NCBI GenBank assembly: GCA_964036045.1
Contig: OZ038378.1
Coordinates: 142,228,001 to 142,292,000 of the forward strand
From: Eutreptiella sp. 'Long Island Sound 2002'
Taxonomy: Eukaryota; Protista; Euglenida
Length of the DNA: 64,000 nucleotides
Direction of reading: 5' to 3'
This document shows positions 37,340-49,888 of the stretch, piece by piece. A program made the position numbers and the translations under genes. Below the pieces are notes generated by a model that saw only the letters and a program-made list of their open reading frames with translations, had not been told where the DNA came from and made no database searches. The stretch's first letter is position 1; every line of letters begins with the position of its first letter.

Positions 37340-38741
37340 GATTAGCAAACAAACAGACAAGCAGCACAACGCCGGGTCCGAATGTCAATTCCTCGTCAGC
37401 TGGTCATCAAACAAGACAAAGCATGTTCAACGCCAGTAGGCGCCGTTCTGCGGGGACAGGCACGCAGCAGGGTCCTCAGCCTACGAAAGAAGAAGGACGG
37501 TGCTGCCCTTTGGTAGAACCGACCTGATGTTACGACGACGTCAGCCCTGGTTCACCCAGTGCATCCCCGGCGTGTCACATGCAATGCATACGACCAGTCG
37601 GGCTCCAACCCCAGTCGTTTGCTTTGTCCTGCTACCCCTTCCCCTTCCCTCGCCCTAGTGAGGACTATGGTAACGGCAGTTCATCCAACATATAGATTCG
37701 TGCAAAAACCCCATCATTGACGCCCCACACACACACATTCTACAGCTCAAGATGGAAAAGGTAGTCATTCAGCACATTTGCAACCCTGTGTATTGCAACC
37801 CTCAACCAATTGGTCCAGAGATCCCACGTCCTCATATTCAAGTCCCGCGTATTCCTCCTACTGTCAAATCAGGGGGCAAGATCCATGCCGAATGCAATGA
37901 ACCATCCCAGTATGCATGTTTTTCGAGCCACCGCTCTATGAGCCGTGCCACCTGGCATCTCCTCAGTGGTTGCTTGTGGGACAGATGGTAGAGGCGTCTT
38001 GTCGTAGCCTGGTGTGCGTGCGGTGAGCCAGCATATGCCTTTGATACCGCCCTGTGCATAGCTCTCATGGCGGGTGCCCGTGAGAAACCAGAAAGTATAG
38101 CAACCTGTAACCATGCAGCACCCCCCAGAATTTGCCCCAGCCAGGTGTCTGCCCAAGGCAGGGCATTTTTTAGCACCCCAGTAAAGATCGAAGACAAGTA
38201 TCCCTTGTATGCCCTGTGTGGACTCATGAGGGGTTCTCCCAACCGCAAACACCAATCTGGGGTGAGGGCCGCAGGTTCAGCGAATGCTGTGCTTTTCCCA
38301 CCCCCCGGCAGGACCAGTACCACTCCTGCAGCCTTCGTTACAGCACCACAACATTGTCCCGTACAATGCTTCACTGTCTTTGTGATGCAGTCACAATCCA
38401 CATCAATATTCCAGGTGTGCCCTGTCCTGTGGTGCCGCATCAGTAGACACCAGAATGTTGTCCCTGAACTAGCACATACTGACACGACCCAGATCTGTGT
38501 GACACAGCGGCCATCCCTCGGCACTGAGTTCCAACCGACCCAGCCAGTGGAACCACACACACAAACACACGCAAACAAGAACAGAGCAAGAAAAGCGGTG
38601 AAAAAAACTCCTTACGCACGCACACACACACACACCCACATGTCCTGGTATGCATATGCAACAATGTTCGGCAGTTCTCAATCACTGTGATCCACACCAT
38701 CGGCTTTTTCAAGTTCCACCTTCTTGTGCCGTGTTTGACTG

Positions 38742-40097
38742 CCATGAAATGCGTTGGGCGGCCTTGTTGTGATAAATAATAATGAAAGGGATCACATGCA
38801 ATCCATTTCCATGCTGTTAATACCCTTCAATACCCCATTGGCACCACGGAGTGGTGTAGTCCACGTGGCGCACGTGCTAGGGTTGCGGGGGTCACCTGTG
38901 GGTCGAAAATTGGTCAATAACGATTTTTCCCAAAGTTGCTCCTAGACCATTGTGGGTGCTCCAACAAGTGGTTGAAGGCTATTTTGAGCCATCTTTGACC
39001 CATATTAGCCCATGCAAGTTCCCTTAAAGGCTTGAAATGGGCAATTTTGGGTTGCCCTGCAGTATACGGGGGTGCGGGGGAATGCAGGGGGTTGGGGAGG
39101 TTACAGGGTAGGTGTGCGAGGCAGCGTGGGGGATGGGGGGGGCATGTCTCTCAAGTGAGCGAAGGGAGCGAGGAAGGGTTTGGGGGATTGCTATAGGAGG
39201 GGGGAGTATAGGTGGCGTGCTGGGGGGAGTGCTAGGGGGGATTGCCTCTTGAGCGAGTGCAGCGAGCTAGTAAGGGTTTCAGGGGCGGTATAGGGGGGGA
39301 AATGGCGTAAATCGTTCTTGGTGTCCCTCAACACCCGTAGCTGATGTTCCCTCCCCCACCAACTCGGTCCCAATATTCAGTCTTGATTAGGGATAGGATT
39401 AGGGTCACCGAGCTGGTGGAACCAGTCTTGGTTTTAGAAAACTCTTTAGTGTCTACGGTGGACCTACCAACAGCAAGCAGCAAGCAAGCACGCGCGAAAT
39501 GGGCAAAAATCACAACTCTGTCGTGGTGCTCCGGATTCGGCCAAAAATTTTGTGGGCGATACCTAGCGGTGTGAAGTACAATCACACAAATTATGAGCAA
39601 GAAAGTCAACGGTGGCGGCCGGGAACGGGTGTTTCAAGTGGCGGACCTAGGTTTCAGAATCAGTCAAAAATTGCCAAAAAAAAGCCCCTTTTCGGCCAAT
39701 TTGGGGGCCTAGGATGTTCATGGAGTGGGCCATTTGCATTGGAACCAATCTAGGTGACCGCCGTTTTGTGGATGACTGCTTTTGGGGCCCAAGTTTCACC
39801 TTCTAGTGTTGTATTTGATAGCCATGGATTGCGTTAGGCACCCTTGTTGTGATAAACAATGATGAGAGGGAGCATTTGCACCGTAATTCCATGCTGTCAA
39901 CACCCTTCAATGCCCTATTGGCACCATCAGCATGCACTTTGCACGTGCTAGGGTAGGGTTACGGGGGTCACCTATGGGTCCAAAAATGGTCAAAAATGAT
40001 TTTTCCCAAAGTTATTCCTAGACCACTTGGGGTGCTCAAACAAGTGGTCTCAGGCTACTTTGAGCCATATTTGACCCATATTAGCCCATGCAAATTC
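38742..40097. repeat. Pair of diverged ~280-bp direct repeats (38742-39022 and 39821-40097)
   Basis: Both copies carry GCCATG(A/G)A(A/T)TGCGTT...CCTTGTTGTGATAAA...GATTTTTCCCAAAGTT...TTTGACCCATATTAGCCCATGCAA. Confidence 0.85.
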
Positions 40098-40687
40098 CAA
40101 AAACCCCATGAAATGGAGAATTTTAGGACCCATGCAAACGGAGGTGCAATGGCACAATGACACCGCGATACAAGGACCGACTGTCACAAACCTAAACTTT
40201 GGTTGTCTTGTGTCTTGCTGTTGACTGAGCCGGCACTGAGGCACCACTTGCCTGTCCCTTTGGGGGCGGAGGCTTGCGGTGCCCCGAGGGGGGGGCGGGG
40301 GGGCAAGGCTGCAGGGACATCTGGCGCCCTTCACCGCATGCTCCGCCAAGATTTTTTTTTGTGTTCCGGCGCTAGGCATGTGCAGCAGCCCCCAAGAAGG
40401 GCCGCACCCCCAAGACTTGGGGTGCAGAGTGTTCCACAAGTGTGCCAAGTGGCCCCTAATGGATCCCCATGGCACAACCACTGTAAAGCAGTGCACACAG
40501 CCACACACCCCAGGACGCATGCATGCACAAACAAGGGGATGAAGGCGGTGGTCTAGAGTGTGGGGAACAACAACAAATAGCATCCTCGTAAAGCATGCTG
40601 TTGACGCCACAAATGCATAATGTGAAATGTTACCAAAAAATACGCGCAAAACATGAAAAAAAAAACTCATGTGGCTGTTCGGCCACA

Positions 40688-40737
40688 TGCTAGGCTTGGT
40701 TGATGAGGGGCACAGCCCTCATCAACCAAGCCTAGCA
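40688..40737. other. Perfect 22-bp inverted repeat with a 6-nt loop
   Basis: TGCTAGGCTTGGTTGATGAGGG-GCACAG-CCCTCATCAACCAAGCCTAGCA. Confidence 0.95.
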
Positions 40738-43700
40738 AGCCGTGTTTGATGTTCTTAGTACCCGGGAGATTCTAATTTTGTGTCAATGTATCCAGCTGGG
40801 TAATTCCCAAATTGGTAAAAAAAACAGCCAAAAACTGCTCCCAAAACCATAAAAATGGCCGTGGATCTGCAAAACGGCACCAAATTCGAATTCAAAAACA
40901 ACGTTTATTTTGTGAGGTTTCGTTGCGAGCCGGTCATTTTAAGGGGCTATAACATTGGTCAAACCACGGCGTAGCAACCTGTGCAAAATTCAGCCCCATT
41001 TTCATGGAGACTGGTTGAAAAGGTGCTTAAACCCTGCCACCTCTTCAAAACGGGCATAAACGGAGCAAACGAAGTCGATTTCCTGAGTTTTCTCATCGAG
41101 GCGGTCATTTTGAGGGGCAAGGGTGTAGGGGTGATAAAACTGAAATCTCGACGCCAGGGTGTTCCCTATCACAGGGGGTTGGACGTGGCCTGTTACTTGT
41201 GCGGAGGGGGCCCCTCCCCCTCTCCACGTGCGTGGCAAGGGGGGCCGGGTGCCCCAAGTTGAACGAGTTTGGTCTAGGGGGTTGAGGTGTTCTGGCCACC
41301 GACAAGCAATAGCTTGAGCCCCCATTCAGTGGGAGTGGCAGCCTCCAATGATTGCCCATGGGCCCTAATCACAGGGGATACACACACCCAAGGGTGCACC
41401 ACCATGTCTGCCTGTATTGCGCCAAACCGAATGTACTGCGAGCGGCTGAAATACGCCACCTTGCCAAAGGATCCTGCCCACGAAATACACACATCTTGAT
41501 TACACCAACAGATTGGTATGACAGCAATACACACAACTATCCCACTGGTGTTTGTCATGTAATCAACACGTGTGTGTTGTGTGCAACCAACATCCTCTTA
41601 GAGGGTAAGAGAGGTCACGGACAGCGCCTGGGACGCCTCCATGGACATCAAGTACGCGGCGGTCTTGGTGCAAAGCCCAGCACAAAAAGGGCGCACATCA
41701 CACATAGTCCCTCCTCTTGGGGGCTTTTTTAAAAAATACAATTATACCATTTCGTAACGACCTCGCCACCAAAGGCATGAAAGGCGGAGCGTATGCAGTT
41801 AGCACGTCCCTTACCCCAAGCCCTACTAGGGAAACGGTTGTGCTCTCCCTAGTAGGCCTTATATGCAGTGCCTTCGGCGCTACATATGGGTTCTTCTTGT
41901 TTCTCTTGCAAGTGGGGCCGACCCTTACCCCTGTGGAGTGTTAGGTTTAGAAGGCCCCTCGTGACGTTCTCCAACATAATGCCTAGTACCCCCCCCCCCC
42001 TTGTCGTTCCCGACCCCAGGGAAGACGGTCCCCCACCACCCCGTGGGGGATGGTCACCAAGTGACGGTCCCCCATCCCCCCTGGGGGACCACGCCCCCAC
42101 CGTACACGCACATTTGCAGGCACAAAAATTGCAGCATAAAACGAAAGAATTCAGCATAGGATGCGTTTAAAGGGTTGCCAATGTACGGAGACCTACTCCT
42201 TGACCGGCTCGGTGTAAAATTTCTTGGTCCTACTCCACTTCACCTTGAACTCTTGCACATGCTCACCGCTTTCCACTGGAATGCTTTGGGCAGGAATGCT
42301 TTGGGCAGCACTCTTGGGTGGTGGTTTTGCCTTCTTGGTAGGAGGCTTGACAGGCGCAAGCAGATTTTTGGGAACCCATTTCCCTTCGGGAATGTCCCTT
42401 GTAAAATACAACTTGTTCCCAAAACTGTGTCCCATGCCCCACACACCACGGGCACTCTTCACCCACACAACCTCCGATATACATCACCGTGCTCTGAATG
42501 TCCAACGACCTGCGCCAAAACAGGTTCCCCCGTGGAGCGGATGAACATCACACTTGTCCCAGGGGGAAACATGGCTGTGCTATCAAGTTCCATTTCAGAG
42601 AAAGTGAGCAAAATGTCCCGCCATGAGTGCAAGGGATGCAAGTGGTAGTGCCCCACAACACAGTCACCCAAACAACAACACAATGAGGCGCAACGAAAAA
42701 TTTTGGGTTGACCAAGTGACGCCCCCCCCCCCCCCCCCCGAGGAACGACAAGGGGTGGGGAATGACAAGGGGGATGGGGGGGGGGGGTAGTGTGTTTAGG
42801 CGTGTAGGGGGCATTGCCCCAAAGGATGCATCCACATGCAACATCGTTCTGGAATCTATGGGCTGTGCGGACGTGAAAGTTCGCCCTGTGTATCACAGAC
42901 CCTTGGATGCTGTGGAAATGGCGCTGGATAACAAGGCCTTGAACCATCAAGAGCATCTTCCTTCCCTGCCTCGTCAAAGCTGCCAACAGTGAATGAGGAC
43001 ACATCATGAATGACCGCAACGCCGAATTGCAGAGGCAATGGGCCGCAAATCATTTTGTAACACCACAAGCGTTCTTGCATACCTTACGTTACCACCGCAA
43101 GGGCAAATTGTGCATCAGGTGCCATAGGGGGAACCCTTGCACTGCGCGCGCACTGCGCGCTACTTTTAGACTATGTTCCCCCCGAAGAGCCCCCAGGCAC
43201 ACCCCTTGGAAACGCCCTTAGAATTAGGTGACCCAAACTCACAAATCCAACCAATCCAGTAGTCCAACACTAGCGACATAACCTCGGTGATATACAAAAT
43301 ACATCCAGCAGGCATTATCAATCTGGACATAAAAGAGCAGACCTCCACGCAAGCATGTTGTGGAAAAGCCATGAACAGCGCATTGGTCGCCACCCTCAAC
43401 AACACACAACTGTCTTTCTGTTCCATTGTCAACTAAGTACACATTGAGAATACGCAACTTGTGTGCACAACATGACACAGTTGCAGAATCAAAGAAATGT
43501 CACATTCTTGGGGATCCCCAAACAAAGGGGGACAAAATCAGAAGTCAAAACCTCCGCTAGGGGTCACCATGATGCCCCTAGGGGCCCCTAGTATCTCAAA
43601 GTATGGGTCTCTAGTACGGCCAGACGCCCAAATAGTTGCACTGCGCGCGCACTGCGCTTAAGGCGCCCCCGTAGAGACAGCGGCAATGTGCATTGGCTCC

Positions 43701-44885
43701 GCAGTACAAATTCCACACATCCAAACGGCCACCCCACATGACTCCTCATACAGTAGACGCACTGGCAAGCAACGTGCACTCTCTGCGCGTACTGTGTGCT
43801 GAGGTACACCTCCTCCCTTTGGATCTGGGCATCTGAGCTCACACTGGGTATCCACTGCCGGTGGTCCCCTCCAAGCGCCCACCTCCTGAGCCCAAACACA
43901 CCAGGTCATTGCAGAGGCAACGGGAGGAGACTCTGCAGCACACATTGCCGTGGTCCCAGTGAGGCCATTTCTGCGCCTATACACCAAACAGTCTGACAAG
44001 CAAAAAGCAATACATACATTTGAGATCCAATGTTCCGTCAACTGATGCAGCAATCCGCCTTTGGATCTCCTCCTCCCAGTATGACATTGTGCGATCTGGC
44101 ATGATACCCGATTCTGTACAAGAAAAAAGCATCAACACAATGGTCCCGAAAATCGGGGCTGTGCAGAGGTCAGCACAAAGAACATAATCGGGTCTTATTG
44201 TTTTTTAATACGGAGGCTAATGAGGGTGCCTCAACGCACCGCGTGCACCGTGCGCTTTAGCCCGCTATCAAGAGTCGGATTATTGCACCACTTTTTCAGG
44301 TAACAATGCCACACAAACACCACAGAAAACGGTGACAAGGATCAACACAGAAGACAGTAACGACAGAATGTGTGTTGTCAACCAAATGTCTTCCGTCATG
44401 CGCAGAATTCGTTCGTGTTCATACACTGAACGGCGATATATATGGACACCTATGTGTCGTCCTCGCAAGGACCGTCAGAGCATGAGGTGCCATTCTCATC
44501 ACCTGAGTCATGACTAGAGCTTGAGGAACTCTCCGAAGAATCTGTGTTCGGTTCCACTTCAGACTGGTCAAAAATTTCATCCGGGAAATGATTCCAAGGC
44601 CCACAACAGTGGCAGGCACACGTTTCCCTGTGGTGCCTCTCAGATAAAAGACACTACTGCCGGGCACCAACAGGTCAGCATTCATTGCTATGTGTCCTGT
44701 TGAAAGCAAAGGAGGCGAACCCGAAAATTCTATTGCCTTCGGCAGTGCACCTCGAAGAGAGGTTGACAGTCAGCCATTCAGTCCCTGCGCCAGGCCAGCA
44801 GTCAGTCAGTCAGAAACACACAGTTTGGGTTTTTTGTCAGTGGCAGATGCGTCCCTAAGCAGTGGGGTAACATTTCACTGCAAGC

Positions 44886-45052
44886 CACCTTGTAGCCCAA
44901 TGGCAATGCAGCTGACTGCAGCGGCCAGGTCGGCGGTTCGAACCCCGGTCGCCCGGCTTTGTCACCGCTGCCGCCGCAAAAAGTCAGCAGACCAGGATTC
45001 GAACCACCGACCGAAAACCTTGAGCCAGCTGCGTTACCGTTCGACCAGCGGC
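44886..45052. ncRNA. Two convergent tRNA-derived (SINE/pseudo-tRNA) sequences forming an imperfect inverted repeat
   Basis: Plus strand: A-box TAGCCCAATGG, GACTGCAG (tRNA-Cys-like anticodon region), B-box GGTTCGAACCC. Minus strand: TGGTCGAACGG ... GGTTCGAATCC. Acceptor and T stems do not pair well. Confidence 0.6.
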
Positions 45053-45089
45053 GGTGTGACAGCACTGTGCTTCCCCACTGCGTAGAGCC

Positions 45090-45345
45090 TGTTTAGCAAA
45101 AACTTTTGACCCCCCCCCCCCAGCACAACCCCCCCCGCAAAAAAATGATATCCAGTTTTAGGGGGTAGAGGCCTCAGAATCAAAAAATCCATTGGGGGAT
45201 GGTCTTATTGGGCAAAATAATGATTTTACAAGGGGTTGGACATCCAATATCATGCCTTGGGGTATGCTACGCGAATGACCCCAAAAAAGGGGGGTATACG
45301 CCGCTCGCGCCTGCGCTTGATCTAACAACCTCTCTTCGAGGTGAT
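45090..45345 (+). mobile_element. Dispersed MITE-like repeat family (related copies ~53100-53400, ~53640-54190, inverted at ~63215-63870)
   Basis: Shared CATTGGGGG...AAAAT(A/G)ATGATTTTACAAGGGGTT...CTTGATCTAACAA. The 53640-54190 and 63330-63870 copies are reverse complements. Confidence 0.75.
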
Positions 45346-48300
45346 TTCGAGTCTACAAGGTGCCTGCTACCCAACCTGGGACCCCAACATGCTAGAACCC
45401 ACGCAAACACAACAATTGGGCACCTCAATGCAATGCTCAGGCCCCTATGACCGCTTTGGGGCAACATTCCATGGTACCGCCATTCTACGCCAACCGGGCT
45501 AAAGTCGCACCCCGTGCGAGGCACCCTCAATGACTGCCATTTGGAGCCGGCAGTCGGCATACGAAATGCCCAAAGTGAAAAACTGGTCCTGCAGCGCGTC
45601 CCCGCGGCTGTGGCGGCAACTGCGGCCGCGGCATTGTTGGCAGCGATGTTTGCCAGTGCGAGTGCCGCTCCTCCCCGTCCCACCCGCATCGCCTTTTGGC
45701 GGTGCACACCCGCCATCTGCACCATTTTAGGTTTCTACGTCTTTTCATTCCGGCCCTGCAATATCAAGTTGGAATCCATGAACAGTGCAGAATGTAGTGG
45801 TACCCCCCCTCCTTGTCGTTCCCCACCCCAGGGAAGACGGTCCCCCACCACCCCCTGGGGGACGGTTGCCAGGTGAACGTCCCCCCACCCCCCGGGGGAC
45901 CGCACCACCACTATACGCGCACTTTTGCAGGCACAGAAATTGCAGCATAAAACGAAAGAATTCAGCATAGGATGTGTTCAAAGGGCTGCCAATGTACGGA
46001 GACCTACTCCTTGACCGGCTCGGTGTAAAACATCACACTTGTCCCAAGGGGAAACATGGTTGTGCTATCAAGTTCCATTTTAGCGAAAGTGAGCAAAATG
46101 TCCCGCCATGAGTGCAAGGGATACTACAAGTGGCAGTGCCCCACAACACAGTCACCTAAACAACAACACAATGAGCCGCAACGAAAATTTTTGGGTTGAC
46201 CAAATGACGCCCCCCCCCCCCCCCCCCGGGGAACAACAAAGGGTGGGGAACGACAAGGGGTGGGGGTTACCCTCTGCATGGGGGAGAGGGGTGAGCAAAA
46301 GACGGGCCAACCTGCTGGATGTTGTCACTGGAACATATTTTGGGTGAGATTCTCTGGGCTATGGTGTAAGCATGGCATCCAGACGGCACATGCAACAGAC
46401 ATCACACGGCACCCAGGAATCAAGGACTGCAGAGGCACGCCGTTGCGTCAGGTTGGCGCGTTCATGATGACTGTCAGTCTGATGATCAGTGACTGTGGCG
46501 CCTACACCTCCCCTTAATGAGGCCAGGGCGCTTTTCGCAGAAGCAAGTGTCTTTCTTTTTAAGTCAACTCTGACTCAACCATCATCACCACAACTGCTGG
46601 TGGTTGGCTTCGAAACCGCTGTTATTAATCTTCTACTGCCGCTTGTGCTATGAGGGAGTGTTTGCCTGGCGCTCCTTTTGCACTAAGTATCCCGACGCTC
46701 TCCCCAGTTTACCCTCCCGTAGAGAAGACCTCCAAGCAGACCTGAATCGAGCCCAAAGACATTCCCTCTACAGAGCACACAGCATCAAGCAGAATCTGTG
46801 AGTCCCACCTCCTTAACACATGTCACATGTGAGATGTACTTTGCCCAACAAACAATTTCCCCCACACGTGTGCGGGTCAATACACTTTGCGCAATAGTGT
46901 TCATTGCACTACCACAAAGTCCGACCGTCGAGCGGGAGTTGACGTTTCTTTGCGCTTTGGGGACCACCCTGGCCGAGTCTCCTGCACATCTGCTATGCTG
47001 TTCGGGCTACGCGGCATCCAGCCCATCCCCCCCGTCTCCGCCCAGCCCCTGCTCCTCCTTCCAGACCTGATGATGCCATCGAGGGTGATGAATGCAGCCC
47101 GGATCAGGCGCGACCCATGCACACGGCACACACGGTGCATGACTTGCACCGCATGCACCGTGTACGCCCCCATGCACATGGTACACACATGGCCCTCGTT
47201 TGCCCAGTGCGTGAGGAAGGAAGTGGGCGAGTGGCAGAAATAATGAGAAATACAGTTCGGGTCTTGAAAAAAAGACATTCAAAATGTTCTTTTTTTTGTC
47301 ACACATGTGCTGGGTCCAGAGCACGATCCGAATCACGAAGGGCCAGCCCGTCATCCAAAGGTTTACCCACATCCCGGGCTCGGGACCAGTCGGTGGTGCT
47401 GTGGTCGGGGTCAGAAAGAATGTGCCAAAAATGATTGGTGAAGAAAGTGGGATCATGCGGGTGGGCACAACGCATGATCGGTTAGGGCAGCATAGCCTAT
47501 GACAAGCATCCGGCGGTGGGCCGGCCAATGCAGTGATGAACGATGTGCATCACCATCCGGTTGCAGGAAGGATTCCCGCCGAGGATGTGTTTGGGCGGGG
47601 CCAGGGCCTTTGACAGAGAAGAGGACACTGATGATTGACCCCAAGTAGGAGGCTTCTCACTCACGGGACCCTCCACAATCCCCCCCCTTGAATAATGGAA
47701 GGTTCAGTATACGGGGAGTTGGTAGTGGGCAGTGCGCCCCCCCCCCCAGCCCCCCCCCCCCCCCGAGTGACGAGTGACGAGTGACACATGAGGAACCCGG
47801 CCGGATGAGGGTAGGGAGGGGGGTGAAGATTTTTTTCATGTTTTCCATGCGTATTGGAATTCTCCATAAAAATCTGAGCATTTTGGGCATACACCAGTTG
47901 GGTAAAAAAAAGCGTCTCCTCCTTATTGGATGCCAAAATTTATCCTTCCAGCACCTTCAGCGCTGGAATTGTGGCTAATTGTCATTGTGTCCATGTGTCA
48001 CTCAAGCACAAAGTCCAGCTGTCTGTCACTCTCCATGTGTCGCTGAGTGACAGAGAGCCAAACCCCCCCCCCTCCCACCACCCACCCCCCACCAAAACAT
48101 TGGACCCGTTCTTATGCCCATCCCTGGTAGTGGGGAGAGGGGGGGTTGGGTTGGGTTGGGTCGGGTCACGGCCTCTTCCGGGGGTCGTGTGCGGGGTCAC
48201 GGCATCCTTCCTCGCCGGACACGACTGGACACGAGTCACCAGAACGTCCGGTCACAAGGCCCGCTGGACTGTTGACACTCCCCAGACCACGCCTAGCGCC

Positions 48301-48612
48301 GGCGTGCGGAAGATACCGCCGTGCCTGTGTGTCTGCCTGTTCTCCTGGTGGGTGCGTGGGGCGCTTGGGGGGCACGTCGGGCCACACGGTCAAGGCGGGG
48401 GTTGCTCCTACCCACCACCCCCCACCCCACCCCACCCACCACACAACCAGAACACGTTCAGACCCACAGAGAGTCGGAATGTACAGTGGCGAGAGGCCAA
48501 TAGGCGCCGCCAACGGCAAACAAATCAGAACCATGGCCTCATAGCAATCCCCCCCCCACCAGGGGGTGCCGTAATGAAGAAAAAAAAAACTCGGAGTGTC
48601 CAATACGCCCTA

Positions 48613-48738
48613 CGATGGCGGCCGGTGGGTAACCGATGGCGGTTGGTGGGTAACCGATGGCGGTTGGTGGGAAATCGATGGCGGTTGGTGGGTAACCGAT
48701 GGCGGTTGGTGGGTAACCGATGGCGGTTGGTGGGTAGC
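48613..48738. repeat. 21-bp tandem repeat (CGATGGCGGTTGGTGGGTAAC), about 6 units
   Basis: Seen directly. It explains the RWRLVGN repeats in ORF 47926-48918. Confidence 0.95.
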
Positions 48739-49888
48739 CACCAAACATCAGAGAGTGGATGCCATAGTAAAAAAAAAAAGGGTGAGCGTCCTTATGGCAC
48801 CCCCTGCCCCCCCACCCACCGGGGGTGGGCTCCCGGGTTCTCTGGGCCGGGTCATCGGCGGGGGTTCTCGTGGGGACCCCTTCCTCTGGCCCTGGCATGC
48901 ACAACAGGATTCCGATAGGCTGTTCAACTCAATGGCGGTCCCGCTGGCGGTATGGCCCACCAGGTAGCCAGGCAGCCCCCAGCGGGTGCGGCTCCAGAGG
49001 GTGCGGAAGGGCCAACGCGGGGCTGCCGGGGTCTGCGTCTGTGAGCAAAACAAGGCCACCAGGCGATGGGGCATCGGCACAGGCCTGTGAGTTGGACATT
49101 GCCCAGGGCAGGTCTGCGGCGGGGCATACTATGCGGCATTGGGAGGGGGCGGTCAACTGACAAAACTGGCTGGGGTCCAGAGGGGTTGATAAGGATTACC
49201 ACTGGAGCCAAAGAAACTTGATTAGACTGCTCAGAGATATGCTTCAGATACCCATTCCCGTTCGGCTGTCTTTCATACATGTGGAGACTGTTGATTGCAT
49301 GAGTGCTTCACGTGCCACACCCTGTTTGTGGAAGCCTATCCACAAAATGCAACTCAGGTGGTTCGCATGCACCCCATGTGCGCCGCTCCATGTCCAAGCA
49401 CACCAACTCCATGGATGAAGCAAAATAGGGCTGCCCAAGTCGGTACATCCCAAGTGCCTCCGACGTCACGTTACGCCACTGGGAACCGACACAAATCGTT
49501 CCCAGGCCATTCTCTCCCTTGCGTTTGACAACGTGTCGCTTCCCAGGGGCATTCTTTGTTGACTGGAACATACCACCTCCGGCCCAACTCAGGGCCGAAA
49601 GGGTTTCCCGGGAACAAAAAATGCCACCGGTAGTGCGGAGAGGCAGATCAAAGTGTCTACAGAACCGTTGCCTTCTCGGGGTCTCGGAAGGGGAGAGGAG
49701 TTAGAGTGGCTACAAAGCGGCTGCAGTTTTGTGGTCTACAAAGCAAAGGGGGGCCAAAGGGGTTCGATAATCCTTGCCATCGTGGGGTCTCCAAAGCCCA
49801 GAGGAATGAAAGTGACCAGAAACCCGCAGCATTCTCGAGGTCTTCAAAGTGGGGCTACAACGCAGGGCCTAACGCTGCGGCTGCAGGC

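Larger units (their letters stand above)
41980..46260. repeat. Dispersed repeat in two copies (41980-42790 and 45790-46260); the second lacks ~330 bp
   Basis: Shared AAATTGCAGCATAAAACGAAAGAATTCAGCATAGGATG...TTGACCGGCTCGGTGTAAAA. At 46030 this joins directly to CATCACACTTGTCCCA, which lies ~330 bp further on in copy 1. Confidence 0.85.

Noticed and set aside
44886-44960. Functional tRNA-Cys gene
   Set aside because: The acceptor and T-stems do not pair properly, so it is treated as tRNA-derived.
47290-47640. Minus-strand HDPTFFTNHFWHIL..., suggestive of a Ulp1-type protease relic
   Set aside because: Several stops and no catalytic His/Asp/Cys motifs seen, so it cannot be supported without a search.
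47926-48918. 330-aa ORF with RWRLVGN repeats
   Set aside because: Produced by a 21-bp tandem repeat and low-complexity sequence.
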